IMG/VR virus record: IMGVR_UViG_3300029705_000031
Length of the DNA stretch: 64,000 nucleotides
Source: a virus
Taxonomy: Duplodnaviria > Heunggongvirae > Uroviricota > Caudoviricetes
Direction: 5' to 3' (one strand)
A model generated the notes under the pieces. It was not told where the DNA came from, did no database searches, and was given only the letters and a program-made list of their open reading frames with translations. Shown here piece by piece: positions 7,936-17,667 of this stretch (its first letter is position 1; every line of letters starts with the position of its first letter). The position numbers were made by a program, and so were the translations under genes.

Positions 7936-9438
7936 GTGAACTTATTGAATTCACAAATTGCAAACATCTATAATGAATTTATACATGATAATGAAGACGG
8001 AAAATACGTTATTATAGAATTTGATAAGATTCTTAAAGAAGAAGGTATATCCCATATAAATGATTTTTCTTTAAAGAAACGTTCATACTATACTATTAAT
8101 GGTTTAATTACAGACTCTATAAAACGTATTTTTAATGGTTGTCAGGATAAAGTTATACTTCCCTATTTAAATCTAGCTTATAAGATAAAGGATTTACAAA
8201 AGGAATATTCTAAAGAAGATTTAATCAATGATATAGTTAATGAACTTAATTGCAAAACTGTAAAACGTTTTGTTAGTGAATTTATCAATAGTAACTATGT
8301 AGAAGAACTTGATGAACAAACAGAAGAAACTAAAAAGACAAAAAGGATCAATCAGGAATTACAGTTTACAGATCAACATGTAAAAATCTTATTAAAAGCA
8401 GCAGAAAGTATTCGTTTGTCTATTCCCTTAATTACTGAATTTTGCGAAAAAAGAAAATATGAAGTAAATGATACTCTATACGAAACTTTCGAAGCCATAA
8501 TTAAAGCATATCAAGGTAAGATTGAAATGATGAATAAAATTCATCGTTTTGTTTATTCTCGTGTTGTATCTACACAGTATAGTGATAAAACTATTTGGAC
8601 TTTATTAACTAATAAATCCAAAGATGTTAATGTAATTACTATAGAATTTTTAAAAGATATTGTTATTGGTATTTTACCTAAAACCGTCACTGAAAAAAAC
8701 ATCATTAATCTGTTTCATGTTGTTATTAAACGAAAAATTTCATTTGAATTTTCTAAAAATCATAAAATTACATTTAAACCAGTAAACCTAAATCAGGTTG
8801 ATGGAGAAGGTTTAACAATGTTTGATAAATGGGAAGCCTCTATGAATAAGCGAGATGAGAGTAAGATTATTATTAATCAGCTTTCCATTCAATATCAGAT
8901 TGAAAATATACAGAATGATTTTAAAATCAAAATTTCAGCTGATGAATTCAAATATTACAAAGATCGTATTCATATCAATAAGTTCCAAACAAATTTACTG
9001 TTCCTATTCTTCGCCAAATATATGGGTAGTTATAGTAATTTGTATAATTGCAACAGAGATGAATATATCTTCCTTGTTATTTTACTTTATAAATGGTTTA
9101 AGATAAATGGTTATGAATGTTTAGCTGATTATATTATTGCTTTACCAGATCGTTTAAATGAAAAACGTATGACAACTAAGAATTCAAAGCTATTTGAAAA
9201 AATTACTGAATCTAGAACTTATAAAGAATTAATTCGGAATAAATATTCTTATATTAGTCAAAATATAATCCAGTCTAAGATTATAATAAAGTTAGTTGGT
9301 AATATTAGTGTAAGTAAATACAACTATCTTATCCCATATGATGAATATGATTCAACTAAAGAATATGAATCAGAAGAAATTATTTGTAAAGTAGATGACC
9401 TAGCTGATGAGATTTTGAATTTTATTAAACTAATTTAA
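7936..9438 (+). CDS. Promoter-specificity (sigma-like) subunit of the non-virion RNA polymerase, phiKZ gp68 / AR9 gp226-like
   Basis: 500 aa; colinear blocks recalled from gp68 (QELQFTDQHVKILLKAAESIRLSIPLITEF; NKIHRFV..IGILP..NIINLF; DGEGLTMF; FQTNLL..ILLYKWFKINGY); GTG start. Confidence 0.65.
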   Translation: MNLLNSQIANIYNEFIHDNEDGKYVIIEFDKILKEEGISHINDFSLKKRSYYTINGLITDSIKRIFNGCQDKVILPYLNLAYKIKDLQKEYSKEDLINDIVNELNCKTVKRFVSEFINSNYVEELDEQTEETKKTKRINQELQFTDQHVKILLKAAESIRLSIPLITEFCEKRKYEVNDTLYETFEAIIKAYQGKIEMMNKIHRFVYSRVVSTQYSDKTIWTLLTNKSKDVNVITIEFLKDIVIGILPKTVTEKNIINLFHVVIKRKISFEFSKNHKITFKPVNLNQVDGEGLTMFDKWEASMNKRDESKIIINQLSIQYQIENIQNDFKIKISADEFKYYKDRIHINKFQTNLLFLFFAKYMGSYSNLYNCNRDEYIFLVILLYKWFKINGYECLADYIIALPDRLNEKRMTTKNSKLFEKITESRTYKELIRNKYSYISQNIIQSKIIIKLVGNISVSKYNYLIPYDEYDSTKEYESEEIICKVDDLADEILNFIKLI

Positions 9439-9446
9439 AACTTTAA

Positions 9447-9483
9447 TACCCTATAATTCTTAAAAACTAAGAATTATAGGGTA
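9447..9483 (+). terminator. Hairpin/terminator
   Basis: 16-bp stem TACCCTATAATTCTTA/TAAGAATTATAGGGTA. Confidence 0.7.
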
Positions 9484-9518
9484 AAATTTTTTGATTAGAA
9501 AGGAGGGTTAATAATAGT

Positions 9519-10571
9519 TTGAATAGAAATGTAATTAGAGATGGACTTATAGAATCCATTCAACGAAATATAAGACCAGCTAATCTGAATTCATCTAAGA
9601 ATGAGTTAATGATAAGATGTCCATACTGTGGAGATTCACAAAAGTCAGAACTTCATACACATATGTATATTGGATTAGATAATGAATTCTGTTTTCCTTA
9701 TTATTGTCAAAAATGTACATCATCTGGTATAGTTGATAGAGATTTCTTAAAAGATATAAACGTTTTGGATTATATCTTAATGGGAGAACTTGAAAAATTC
9801 AATAAGAAAAATGCTTATAATCAAAAAAATAGAAAATCTGTAAATACTACTTATGATATCAAATCTTTAATGAAAAGAAAACCCTTGATAATTCCAGAGT
9901 TTAAAGGAACATCTAGAGAAGTAGCAAAACTAGACTATATTAACTCTCGTTATAGTTTTGATTTAGAACCAGAACAGTATATACAAGGTTATAAAGTCAT
10001 CTTTTCATTTAAGAAATTTGTAGAAGAAAATGAATTAGAAGAGATTTATTTAAACGATTATATGTTGAAAAACATCATAAGAAACTATATAGGATTTTTG
10101 AGTTCCGATCAATCTTATATCATATTTCGAAATATAGATCCGAATTGTAGGAAGAATGAACGTTACTACATGTATAACATCTTTAACGATCAAACTGGTA
10201 AAAGATTTTATACATGTAATTCTAAGATAGACTTACTAACTCCTAAGATTGAATTAGTAATGTCAGAAGGTCCATTTGATATACTTGGTATTAAAGAGTA
10301 TTTTTATAAGGGAAATACAGAGAATAAAATCTTTACTTCAGTTAATGGTAAGGGTTATGGATTGATTATCAATCATTTTGCTAGATTAGGATTCTTAAAT
10401 ATGGATATTTCTATATATTCGGATGCCGATGTTGGTATAGGAATGTATCGTAATCTTAAAAGAAGTTATGAAATGATTTCTAATAACAAAACTAAAGTAT
10501 TTTATAATACTTTAGATAAGGATTACGGAACTAAAATAAACAAGATAAAACTTAAATCTAATTTTATATAG
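9519..10571 (+). CDS. DNA primase (T4 gp61-like Zn finger plus TOPRIM)
   Basis: RCPYCGDS...YCQKC zinc finger; SEGPFD and YSDAD TOPRIM acidic motifs; TTG start. Confidence 0.8.
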   Translation: MNRNVIRDGLIESIQRNIRPANLNSSKNELMIRCPYCGDSQKSELHTHMYIGLDNEFCFPYYCQKCTSSGIVDRDFLKDINVLDYILMGELEKFNKKNAYNQKNRKSVNTTYDIKSLMKRKPLIIPEFKGTSREVAKLDYINSRYSFDLEPEQYIQGYKVIFSFKKFVEENELEEIYLNDYMLKNIIRNYIGFLSSDQSYIIFRNIDPNCRKNERYYMYNIFNDQTGKRFYTCNSKIDLLTPKIELVMSEGPFDILGIKEYFYKGNTENKIFTSVNGKGYGLIINHFARLGFLNMDISIYSDADVGIGMYRNLKRSYEMISNNKTKVFYNTLDKDYGTKINKIKLKSNFI

Positions 10572-10583
10572 GATGGTGGTTTA

Positions 10584-10865
10584 ATGAGTGGTAAATATTT
10601 AGCTCCAGTTCTTATACTATATTTCTTCTTAGTTTCAGTAATTATCGTTTTTATTTGGGCGTGTTTCTATAATAAATCAGCAAATAATACAGTTAAAGCA
10701 AGATATTTAGGTGAAAGTACTATTTTTGATCATAATGAAATCTATCAATTAAAAATCTACACTAAAGAAAACCATATAGTTGTTAGAAATTTCAAAAATA
10801 AGACAATGTATATTCCATATACATCTTTAGAAGAACTTAATAAAGATTGGAAGATAGTTTATTAA
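10584..10865 (+). CDS. Small membrane protein
   Basis: N-terminal hydrophobic helix LAPVLILYFFLVSVIIVFIWACF. Confidence 0.65.
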   Translation: MSGKYLAPVLILYFFLVSVIIVFIWACFYNKSANNTVKARYLGESTIFDHNEIYQLKIYTKENHIVVRNFKNKTMYIPYTSLEELNKDWKIVY

Positions 10866-10884
10866 GGATTTTTAATTCTTTACA

Positions 10885-10899
10885 AACAACATATTAATA
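10885..10899 (+). promoter_or_regulatory. Two overlapping late promoter motifs AACA-N6-TA
   Basis: AACA-ACATAT-TA (10885) and AACA-TATTAA-TA (10888). Confidence 0.6.
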
Positions 10900-10965
10900 A
10901 GACTAATCCATCGTTAGTTAAAAATTTTAAATAAAGAATTTTTCTTTGAAAGGAGATAAATTACT

Positions 10966-11235
10966 ATGGAAATTAAGAGAATTCTATCTAAGACTGTTGG
11001 TCTAGAAGATTGGATCGAAGTTGGCGGCAAGGTTCGCTTTGATGGCAAGATTTGCAAGGTCACTAAGATTGAAGAAGCTGGCGAAATGTACAAGGTTACT
11101 ATGACCGATGCTGGTTTTACTTCTTATGATGCACTAAATCAGGTTCGTCCTCTATTTGCTGTTAATGCTGTTCCTGTTGAGAGTGGCAAGATTTATGAGA
11201 TGACTGTTGCTGCTGAAGCTGTTGAAAAAGAGTAA
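10966..11235 (+). CDS. Putative virion decoration protein (short paralog)
   Basis: 89 aa; strong codon bias, late promoter; highly similar to the N-terminus of 11328. Confidence 0.5.
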   Translation: MEIKRILSKTVGLEDWIEVGGKVRFDGKICKVTKIEEAGEMYKVTMTDAGFTSYDALNQVRPLFAVNAVPVESGKIYEMTVAAEAVEKE

Positions 11236-11253
11236 GCTTGCTAAGTAATTTTT

Positions 11254-11294
11254 AAAGTAGAAGGTCATTTAAGTAATGATCTTCTACTTTTTTT
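11254..11294 (+). terminator. Intrinsic terminator
   Basis: AAAGTAGAAGGTCATT/AATGATCTTCTACTTT plus poly-T. Confidence 0.8.
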
Positions 11295-11327
11295 ATCATA
11301 AATACTTTATAATGAGGTGAAAAAATC

Positions 11328-12212
11328 ATGGCTATGGAAATTAAGAGAATCTTATCTAAATCCGTTGGTCTAGAGGATTGGGTTGAAGTTGGCGGCAAGG
11401 TTCGCTTTGATGGCAAGGTTTGCAAGGTCACTAAGATTGAAGAATCTGAAGGTAAGTATACTGCATATATGGTTGATGCTGGTTTTACTACTTATGATGC
11501 TTTAGGTCTAGTTCGTCCTCTATTTGCCCCTAATGCAATTCCCGTTCCTGCTGATAAGATTTATCAGATGACTTTATCCAATGTTACTGCTGTTGAAAAG
11601 GAAGAAGTTATTGTTCCCCTCACTGTAACAGTTGGTGGTGTAGAATATGCTACTGTTTCTGAAGCATTAGCAGCTGCTAAAGATGGTGATGTTGTAGCTA
11701 TTAGTGGTGATGTTGTATTTGAAGAAAAAGTCACTCTAGATAAGAAGGTTACTATTGATCTTGCTAGTGATGCTAGTTTAGTAATTCCTACTGTTGAGAA
11801 CAACTATGGTATGATTGTTAAGGGTGATGTTACCATTGAGGGTGACGGATCTGCAACTACTGGTGAATTCGGTATCGGTGTTCCTGCTGTTGGTAAACTA
11901 ACTATCAATGGTGGTGACTATAAGACTGATGGTACCTATCTAATTGGTGCTTGGGGCGAAGTTACTATTAATGGTGGTAATTTTGAATCTCCTTATTGTT
12001 GTGCTAATGCATTCAATGGTGGTAAGGTTTATATCACTGGTGGTAACTTTGTATGTCCTGATGGCGAAACTATGATTCTAGGTGAAGATGCAAAATCTGT
12101 TATGAGAGTATCTGGTGGTATTTTCAATCATCCTGTTAAGGAAAAGTATTGTGCTGAAGGTTATGCACCTAAGGCTAATGCAGATGGTACTTATACTGTT
12201 GAAGCTATCTAA
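11328..12212 (+). CDS. Putative decoration protein with appended beta-helix-like surface domain
   Basis: N-terminal ~90 aa duplicate of 10966; C-terminal EYATVSEALAAAKDGDVV..repeated LTINGG/VTINGG/VYITGG/VSGG turns typical of cell-surface beta-helix domains. Confidence 0.55.
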   Translation: MAMEIKRILSKSVGLEDWVEVGGKVRFDGKVCKVTKIEESEGKYTAYMVDAGFTTYDALGLVRPLFAPNAIPVPADKIYQMTLSNVTAVEKEEVIVPLTVTVGGVEYATVSEALAAAKDGDVVAISGDVVFEEKVTLDKKVTIDLASDASLVIPTVENNYGMIVKGDVTIEGDGSATTGEFGIGVPAVGKLTINGGDYKTDGTYLIGAWGEVTINGGNFESPYCCANAFNGGKVYITGGNFVCPDGETMILGEDAKSVMRVSGGIFNHPVKEKYCAEGYAPKANADGTYTVEAI

Positions 12213-12213
12213 T

Positions 12214-12251
12214 AAAAAATGGAAAATCACTATATAGTGATTTTCCATTTT
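12214..12251. terminator. Bidirectional terminator
   Basis: 17-bp stem AAAATGGAAAATCACTA/TAGTGATTTTCCATTTT between convergent genes. Confidence 0.8.
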
Positions 12252-13518
12252 ACTTTTTAGATTCTTCTATTCTTTTTAATTCTCTCCACTCATATAGAGT
12301 AGCTTGATTAGCGTAACAACCAATATGATAGTTATAATTAAAGAAAGGATTTAAAAGTACAATTTTCTTTTCTCTCCAATCTATTACAAAATCTTTACCA
12401 AAATCTAGTTTTTTTCTATCACGATATAAAACAAACATAAAAGTTTCTACTAGATATTCGTAATCTCTTTTCTGTAATTGCTCATTTATGAAATCAAGTG
12501 TCTCTATTGGTAAGAAATCATCCATAGATATACTATCTAATGGTGTATTAACTTCTGTAACAAGTTCTTGCCATTTAATAAGAGTTTTATCACCAATTGT
12601 ATTATTGGGTCTTAAAGGCACAGATCCATATATATAAACTTTTGATTCATCAAAAGTAGGCTCATAACGTCCTGAAGGTAGAGAATTACATTCAAACATG
12701 TAGTTTGAAGGAATCCATAACTCCATTGTTAGTGTCATTTCTACAATTTCTTCACTTCCAGCCATATTATTCTTGGTAACAGTTTTAGTATCTGTATCAG
12801 GGGGAGTTTCTACAGTTACTAGTATATTAGCTAGATACGTATGGACAAATGTATGATTACCACTACCAGTATATATAACAGGTTCTATATGACCTTGAGA
12901 ATGATTTTTTAGATATCTAAAAAATTCTTCTCTTTCATAAGGATCTTTAATTTCTAAATCCTTACAACTTGATAACGCCTGTATTAAAGTATTTGGAATT
13001 TGAGCTTTTAGTAACTGATTGTTCCAATATACTCTGTCATTATTATGGAATTTTTGTCTTAGCATATAGACAACATCCATTTTTTGTAAATGTGTTTCTA
13101 CCTTGACTTTATAGTCAAAAGAAAACTTAACTCTATTAGGAATGGCAGAGATTATAAGATTATCCTCGTCATTATAAAAAATTTTTTTATAACCATATCT
13201 AGATGAATAATGATTAAAAGTATGAACTATTCCTCTTCTCCAAGTAGGATATGGACCACCATAAGTATCATCATAATCAGGTACAAATGAAGGTGTTATG
13301 GATAATTGAGGATATTGTTTAATTGGTATATCATCATCGTCTATTTCTGCTTGTTGTGAAGAAGCTAATGCAGTAGAAATATAAATGTCTTTAAAGTAAT
13401 TTTCTGGAAAAAAATCTAAAATTAAATCTCTAGCAAATCCAGTCATAGAACTTAATAAAGAACAAATAGAATTTGAAACATTACAAGTGATTATAGTTTT
13501 TTTAGAATTGCTTTTCAT
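12250..13518 (-). CDS. Virion structural protein, possibly tail terminator (gp15-like)
   Basis: YPQLSITP and PNRVKFSFDYKV..DVVYMLRQKF loosely resemble the gp15 pattern; lies in a late operon. Confidence 0.4.
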   Translation of the reverse strand: MKSNSKKTIITCNVSNSICSLLSSMTGFARDLILDFFPENYFKDIYISTALASSQQAEIDDDDIPIKQYPQLSITPSFVPDYDDTYGGPYPTWRRGIVHTFNHYSSRYGYKKIFYNDEDNLIISAIPNRVKFSFDYKVKVETHLQKMDVVYMLRQKFHNNDRVYWNNQLLKAQIPNTLIQALSSCKDLEIKDPYEREEFFRYLKNHSQGHIEPVIYTGSGNHTFVHTYLANILVTVETPPDTDTKTVTKNNMAGSEEIVEMTLTMELWIPSNYMFECNSLPSGRYEPTFDESKVYIYGSVPLRPNNTIGDKTLIKWQELVTEVNTPLDSISMDDFLPIETLDFINEQLQKRDYEYLVETFMFVLYRDRKKLDFGKDFVIDWREKKIVLLNPFFNYNYHIGCYANQATLYEWRELKRIEESKK

Positions 13519-14639
13519 TCTTCATCACTTCTCTCATCAATCATATTGCTTATAACAATTTTACCATTATGCTCTTTAAGATTTATTAAAGTACCATCTT
13601 TTGTTTCTACTATTGGTAACATAGGATCATCTGTATGCTTACGAACAATTCCCATTTCTCCATTAGATAAAATTACTTCTTCATCTATAGCAAAATAAGA
13701 TATATGACGCATTATAAGATCAGAAACTTCTTTAGAGAACATATATGATGAATTACGAACAAAGAATTTATTGATGTTTTTACCATTTCCTATAGATGGG
13801 AATTTATGTTTAAATCTCATTAAGAACATATCAAAATAGTTAGCGGCTTGTACAATATTGACAGCTATATCTTTTTGCTCATTAGTAATTTTGTTTTCTT
13901 CATAGTATGTTGGATATGACATATATCTTTTTTTAGTTTTATCATAAGATTTATCATAATTTTCCCAAACATTTTGAAGAAGAATAATTTTTTTACTAAT
14001 TAAGGGAACTAATTTGTTATTAAGAACTTCATTATATCCTAAAACTGGAACCATTTCAATTAAGTGATATTCTTCCATGTTATAGGCATGATTACTTTCA
14101 GCTAGAATTGGAAATTCTATAAATAACTTATTTCTTCCAATTTCATGCAATATACTTCCTATTGCAATTCCTTTAATTAAATTATGACTTAAATTAGCTT
14201 TAATTGCAATAATAAGTGATATAATAGTTACACGAATTGAATGATTAAATATTTTAGTATTTAAGATAAACAGATTTTCTAAATAGTTTTTAAAGTATTT
14301 TTCTTTTAAGATATCATTTAAAAAAATATCTATAATGTTTTTTAGCAAATCTATATCATCTGTACCTGAATATGAGTATCTATTAAAGATAAGGTCCATT
14401 TCAGATTTAATAATATCTAAGATATCATCAGTAATAATGTTTGTAATATCATTATTTAAAGTATCACTAGTATAAGTGAAAATATAGAAAATATGATCTT
14501 TTAATTCAGTTACTCTGTTTATAAAAGCATCATCAATTACAGAGTTACTCTGGAAGAGTAACTGTCCATTATAAAAAACGTCTCTAGCTAGAAACGCACC
14601 TTCATAATCAGCAATTTCATTAACATTAACTTTTTTCAT
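13515..14639 (-). CDS. HD-GYP domain protein, catalytically degenerate
   Basis: Clostridial architecture (LARDVF..GQLL; NHSIRVT; LHEIGR; SYP; VILSNGEMGIV..P.LPIV) with HD changed to HE, HH to QN and AD to AN. Confidence 0.8.
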   Translation of the reverse strand: MKKVNVNEIADYEGAFLARDVFYNGQLLFQSNSVIDDAFINRVTELKDHIFYIFTYTSDTLNNDITNIITDDILDIIKSEMDLIFNRYSYSGTDDIDLLKNIIDIFLNDILKEKYFKNYLENLFILNTKIFNHSIRVTIISLIIAIKANLSHNLIKGIAIGSILHEIGRNKLFIEFPILAESNHAYNMEEYHLIEMVPVLGYNEVLNNKLVPLISKKIILLQNVWENYDKSYDKTKKRYMSYPTYYEENKITNEQKDIAVNIVQAANYFDMFLMRFKHKFPSIGNGKNINKFFVRNSSYMFSKEVSDLIMRHISYFAIDEEVILSNGEMGIVRKHTDDPMLPIVETKDGTLINLKEHNGKIVISNMIDERSDEE

Positions 14640-14648
14640 CTAAAACAG

Positions 14649-15401
14649 TTACTCTCCTTTCTCTTCTTTTTCTTTTTTCTTTTGTCTAGTTATGCATTGT
14701 AATGCTTCTTCTTTACTAATTAAACGGTTATTTAATCTAATTAGATTTAGAATAGCTCTTGCTTCTTTTAATTCTTCAGTATCTAATACATACATCTCTA
14801 GTAATTTTTCAACTTGTTCATCAGGAGTTTCAAATAAAGATTGAGTTATCATTTTGAACTTCTGGTTAGGAGAAATATATCCATACATTTCTAGTATCAT
14901 TATGATATTAAGCTGATTAAAAGAAGTTATATTTTCAGGTAATTTAAGGTCATTCGGATCATAGAAATTTGGCAGCAAATCATCTTCTGTATTATCCAAA
15001 TTGTTATTAACAACAATATTTACATTATTGTTATTTTCAACTGTTTTTTCTTTAGTAGATTCTTCTTTGTCATCTTTTTTCTTTTTGGATTTAAAAGCAG
15101 AAATCTTAGGCATAAAATAAAGAGTAGCTAGTATACTAAACACAATAGAAACTAGGATATTTTCTATCAATAGTATACAACATATACTAATACCCATAGA
15201 TACAATCAATTCTAATAGATAATCAGATAGTCTATATCTCTTATCTTCTGCTAAATCTTCCTTCTTTACTAGTAAAAAATCCCTGATAGCAAAAAATACA
15301 GATAGTGCTATCAGAGTTATTATATAGTAAATAAAGGATAAATCCTTCCCTTGCATATTACCAACAAGAATTTCAAAAAAAGATGTGATATTAAAATTCA
15401 T
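14649..15401 (-). CDS. Membrane protein (about 3-4 N-terminal TM helices, cytoplasmic C-terminus)
   Basis: Hydrophobic stretches within residues ~23-97, then K-rich and N-rich linker. Confidence 0.65.
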   Translation of the reverse strand: MNFNITSFFEILVGNMQGKDLSFIYYIITLIALSVFFAIRDFLLVKKEDLAEDKRYRLSDYLLELIVSMGISICCILLIENILVSIVFSILATLYFMPKISAFKSKKKKDDKEESTKEKTVENNNNVNIVVNNNLDNTEDDLLPNFYDPNDLKLPENITSFNQLNIIMILEMYGYISPNQKFKMITQSLFETPDEQVEKLLEMYVLDTEELKEARAILNLIRLNNRLISKEEALQCITRQKKKEKEEKGE

Positions 15402-15452
15402 ATCATATCACCAACTTTCTTTCTTTATACAAAATTTTTATGTTTAAAATCT

Positions 15453-15464
15453 TAATATATTGTT
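15453..15464 (-). promoter_or_regulatory. Late promoter motif AACA-N6-TA
   Basis: AACA-ATATAT-TA upstream of the 15401 operon. Confidence 0.55.
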
Positions 15465-15470
15465 AAAAAA

Positions 15471-15508
15471 AATAAAGAAAGATTGATAAAAATCAATATT
15501 TCTTTATT
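15471..15508 (-). terminator. Intrinsic terminator
   Basis: AATAAAGAAAGATTGAT/ATCAATATTTCTTTATT stem (one mismatch) with A-tract on the left. Confidence 0.7.
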
Positions 15509-15518
15509 GTTTGTTTCT

Positions 15519-15929
15519 TTAAGGAAGACCTAGAATTTTCATATCAATAAGATTGTTAATTGTATCTAGTAAGAATTCTTGTGTTAATAAGTCATTTTCA
15601 TTTTCAATTTCTTTGTAATCAAAGAACTTTTTGAAATTATAACCACACATACCACCATAACTAGTACAACTAAATCTTATTTTCTTTTTATAAGCTTTAG
15701 CATCTTCATCATAGATACCTAACCATACACCATTTTCAGTACCATATTTTAAATCTGCTGGTGTACCTATACCTTTAGAGATACACCAAGCATCTATTAC
15801 GCTATTTCTCCAGAATAGAGGTTCTTTAATCTGAGTTCTATCTAAGACTATTAGTTTAGTAATGTCATTTGGCTTTAGATTGTACTTGTTTTTTACCTTT
15901 GGTTCTCTCATATAGTTACTCCTTACCAC
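15519..15929 (-). CDS. Hypothetical protein
   Basis: 136 aa ORF. Confidence 0.7.
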   Translation of the reverse strand: MVRSNYMREPKVKNKYNLKPNDITKLIVLDRTQIKEPLFWRNSVIDAWCISKGIGTPADLKYGTENGVWLGIYDEDAKAYKKKIRFSCTSYGGMCGYNFKKFFDYKEIENENDLLTQEFLLDTINNLIDMKILGLP

Positions 15930-15952
15930 ATATCAGAAGTTTATCTCCAAAT

Positions 15953-16213
15953 TTATAAATTTTCATTAAAGAAACGATTAATATCAGTAATTTCAAATAA
16001 ATCAGTTCTCCATCTACCTGCCCATGTTGCATATGCCTTTGCTTTTCCTTCTAATAGTTCATTAAAAAGCATTATATTTCTATTTATATTAGATTTATTT
16101 CTTCCAAACTGTTCAATTTCATTATTCTCTCTAATTATAAAATAACAATTTAGCGAATTACTTTTGATATTATATGGAAATGTATCAACTTCAATATCTT
16201 TTCTCATTTGCAT
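15953..16213 (-). CDS. Hypothetical protein
   Basis: 86 aa, AYATWAGRWRTDLFEI. Confidence 0.7.
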   Translation of the reverse strand: MQMRKDIEVDTFPYNIKSNSLNCYFIIRENNEIEQFGRNKSNINRNIMLFNELLEGKAKAYATWAGRWRTDLFEITDINRFFNENL

Positions 16214-16233
16214 TATTTCCTTTCATAAAATTT

Positions 16234-16268
16234 TAGTCTAGATGACTCTTAATGAATCATCTAGACTA
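16234..16268 (-). terminator. Hairpin/terminator after the RNAP gene
   Basis: TAGTCTAGATGACTC/GAATCATCTAGACTA. Confidence 0.7.
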
Positions 16269-16284
16269 TTATTAATGTTTTTAC

Positions 16285-17667
16285 TTATAAATTGAATTGG
16301 TGAATACCAATTACTTGATCACGATCAATAGAAAGTTTGTTATTGAATCTACCAGTATTATTACTAATGAACATTTTGTTAGGACTAAATGCTCTATAGA
16401 ATTCAGTCTTGTATTCATTATCCATAATTGGGAAGAAATTAAGAACATCTCCATCATAATCGGCACCCAGTAATTCTAGGATACAGTTATGAATAGAAGT
16501 TGTTAGGTCTGAAATGTCATCTTTTACGTGGGCAATTCGAAGTACCTGTATAGATCCCCTCGCAATTGTTGGATTTCTATTAGCTAATACTAACAATCCA
16601 TGTTTAGTCTTCTTAACTAATTCAAGACACAGATTGTAAATCTCTGGATTAAAGTTAGCCTGTGCTTCATATACAATTCTCTGTGCCTCTAACATTGAAA
16701 TTTTCTTTAGTTTACTTAGCATATTGATTAGATGGAATGAATAAAGTTCAACAAATGCTAAATAAGGAAATATAATATCAGTTACGTCATATCCAGCTTC
16801 CATAGGAGTAATAACACTTCTGCAAGAGAAGTTTAGACGACTTCCAAGTACACTTGATCTAATAAAGCCAGACTTACCAGCTAAATTTTCAATGATCTTA
16901 TTAAATACCAGAATAGCTTTATTCTGAATATTGAATAAGTTAGGTAGTACAATTAGATCAAAATCTTTAGATTCTTTATTGATCATATTTGATAGCTTGA
17001 TAATGAAGTTATAAGAATTGTTAATCTCATCAAACTTAAATACAGGTTTATCCTTATAGGTAACACTAGCAGGCCTTAATAAAGTATCATACACAGGAAT
17101 GTGTTGTAAAAATACTTTTTCCTGATGTTCCATTAGTAAGTTATAAACAGCTTCTTTATTCTTATACTTAGAATTATCATAAAGATAGTCTAGAATTTTC
17201 TCGCCTTCAAAGAAATTTTCCTTAAAATATACTAGACCAGAGTTATCAAATTTACCCTTTTCTTCTTCAATAACAATTCCATCTTTGTCAATTTTCTTAT
17301 CATAAGAAATGATCTTGTTTAGTTTCTGTACACCTGAAGTTAACTTAGCAATCTCATAATAGAATACAGGATTGATAATCCAATACTTTCCTAAACTAAT
17401 CCATGCTAGTTTTTCTAACATTGGTTCTTGATACTTTACTTCAGATTTACATTCTTCACATATATATCCTCTTAGGAACTTACCTTTATATTTTCCACAT
17501 TCACAAGAATAAGATAGCATTTCATTATCACTATTGTTTTTACCAAATAGCTTTTCTGAAAATAGACCATCATCAGAGAAAGATTTTTCTTTAGTTAAAG
17601 GTTGTGGATTTGTAATCAATCTACTAGGATCATACAAACTTTCTAAATCTACAAATTCAGTTCTCAT
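16285..17667 (-). CDS. rpoC: Phage multisubunit RNA polymerase beta' N-terminal subunit with catalytic motif
   Basis: DGLFSEKLFG, CECG..CEEC Zn finger, GKSGFIRSSVLGSR, NRNPT, GADYDGD (DxDGD). Confidence 0.92.
   Translation of the reverse strand: MRTEFVDLESLYDPSRLITNPQPLTKEKSFSDDGLFSEKLFGKNNSDNEMLSYSCECGKYKGKFLRGYICEECKSEVKYQEPMLEKLAWISLGKYWIINPVFYYEIAKLTSGVQKLNKIISYDKKIDKDGIVIEEEKGKFDNSGLVYFKENFFEGEKILDYLYDNSKYKNKEAVYNLLMEHQEKVFLQHIPVYDTLLRPASVTYKDKPVFKFDEINNSYNFIIKLSNMINKESKDFDLIVLPNLFNIQNKAILVFNKIIENLAGKSGFIRSSVLGSRLNFSCRSVITPMEAGYDVTDIIFPYLAFVELYSFHLINMLSKLKKISMLEAQRIVYEAQANFNPEIYNLCLELVKKTKHGLLVLANRNPTIARGSIQVLRIAHVKDDISDLTTSIHNCILELLGADYDGDVLNFFPIMDNEYKTEFYRAFSPNKMFISNNTGRFNNKLSIDRDQVIGIHQFNL

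Noticed and set aside
14649-15401. Holin call for the multi-TM protein
   Set aside because: No recognisable holin motif, and a better LL-H-type holin exists at 62760; left as membrane protein
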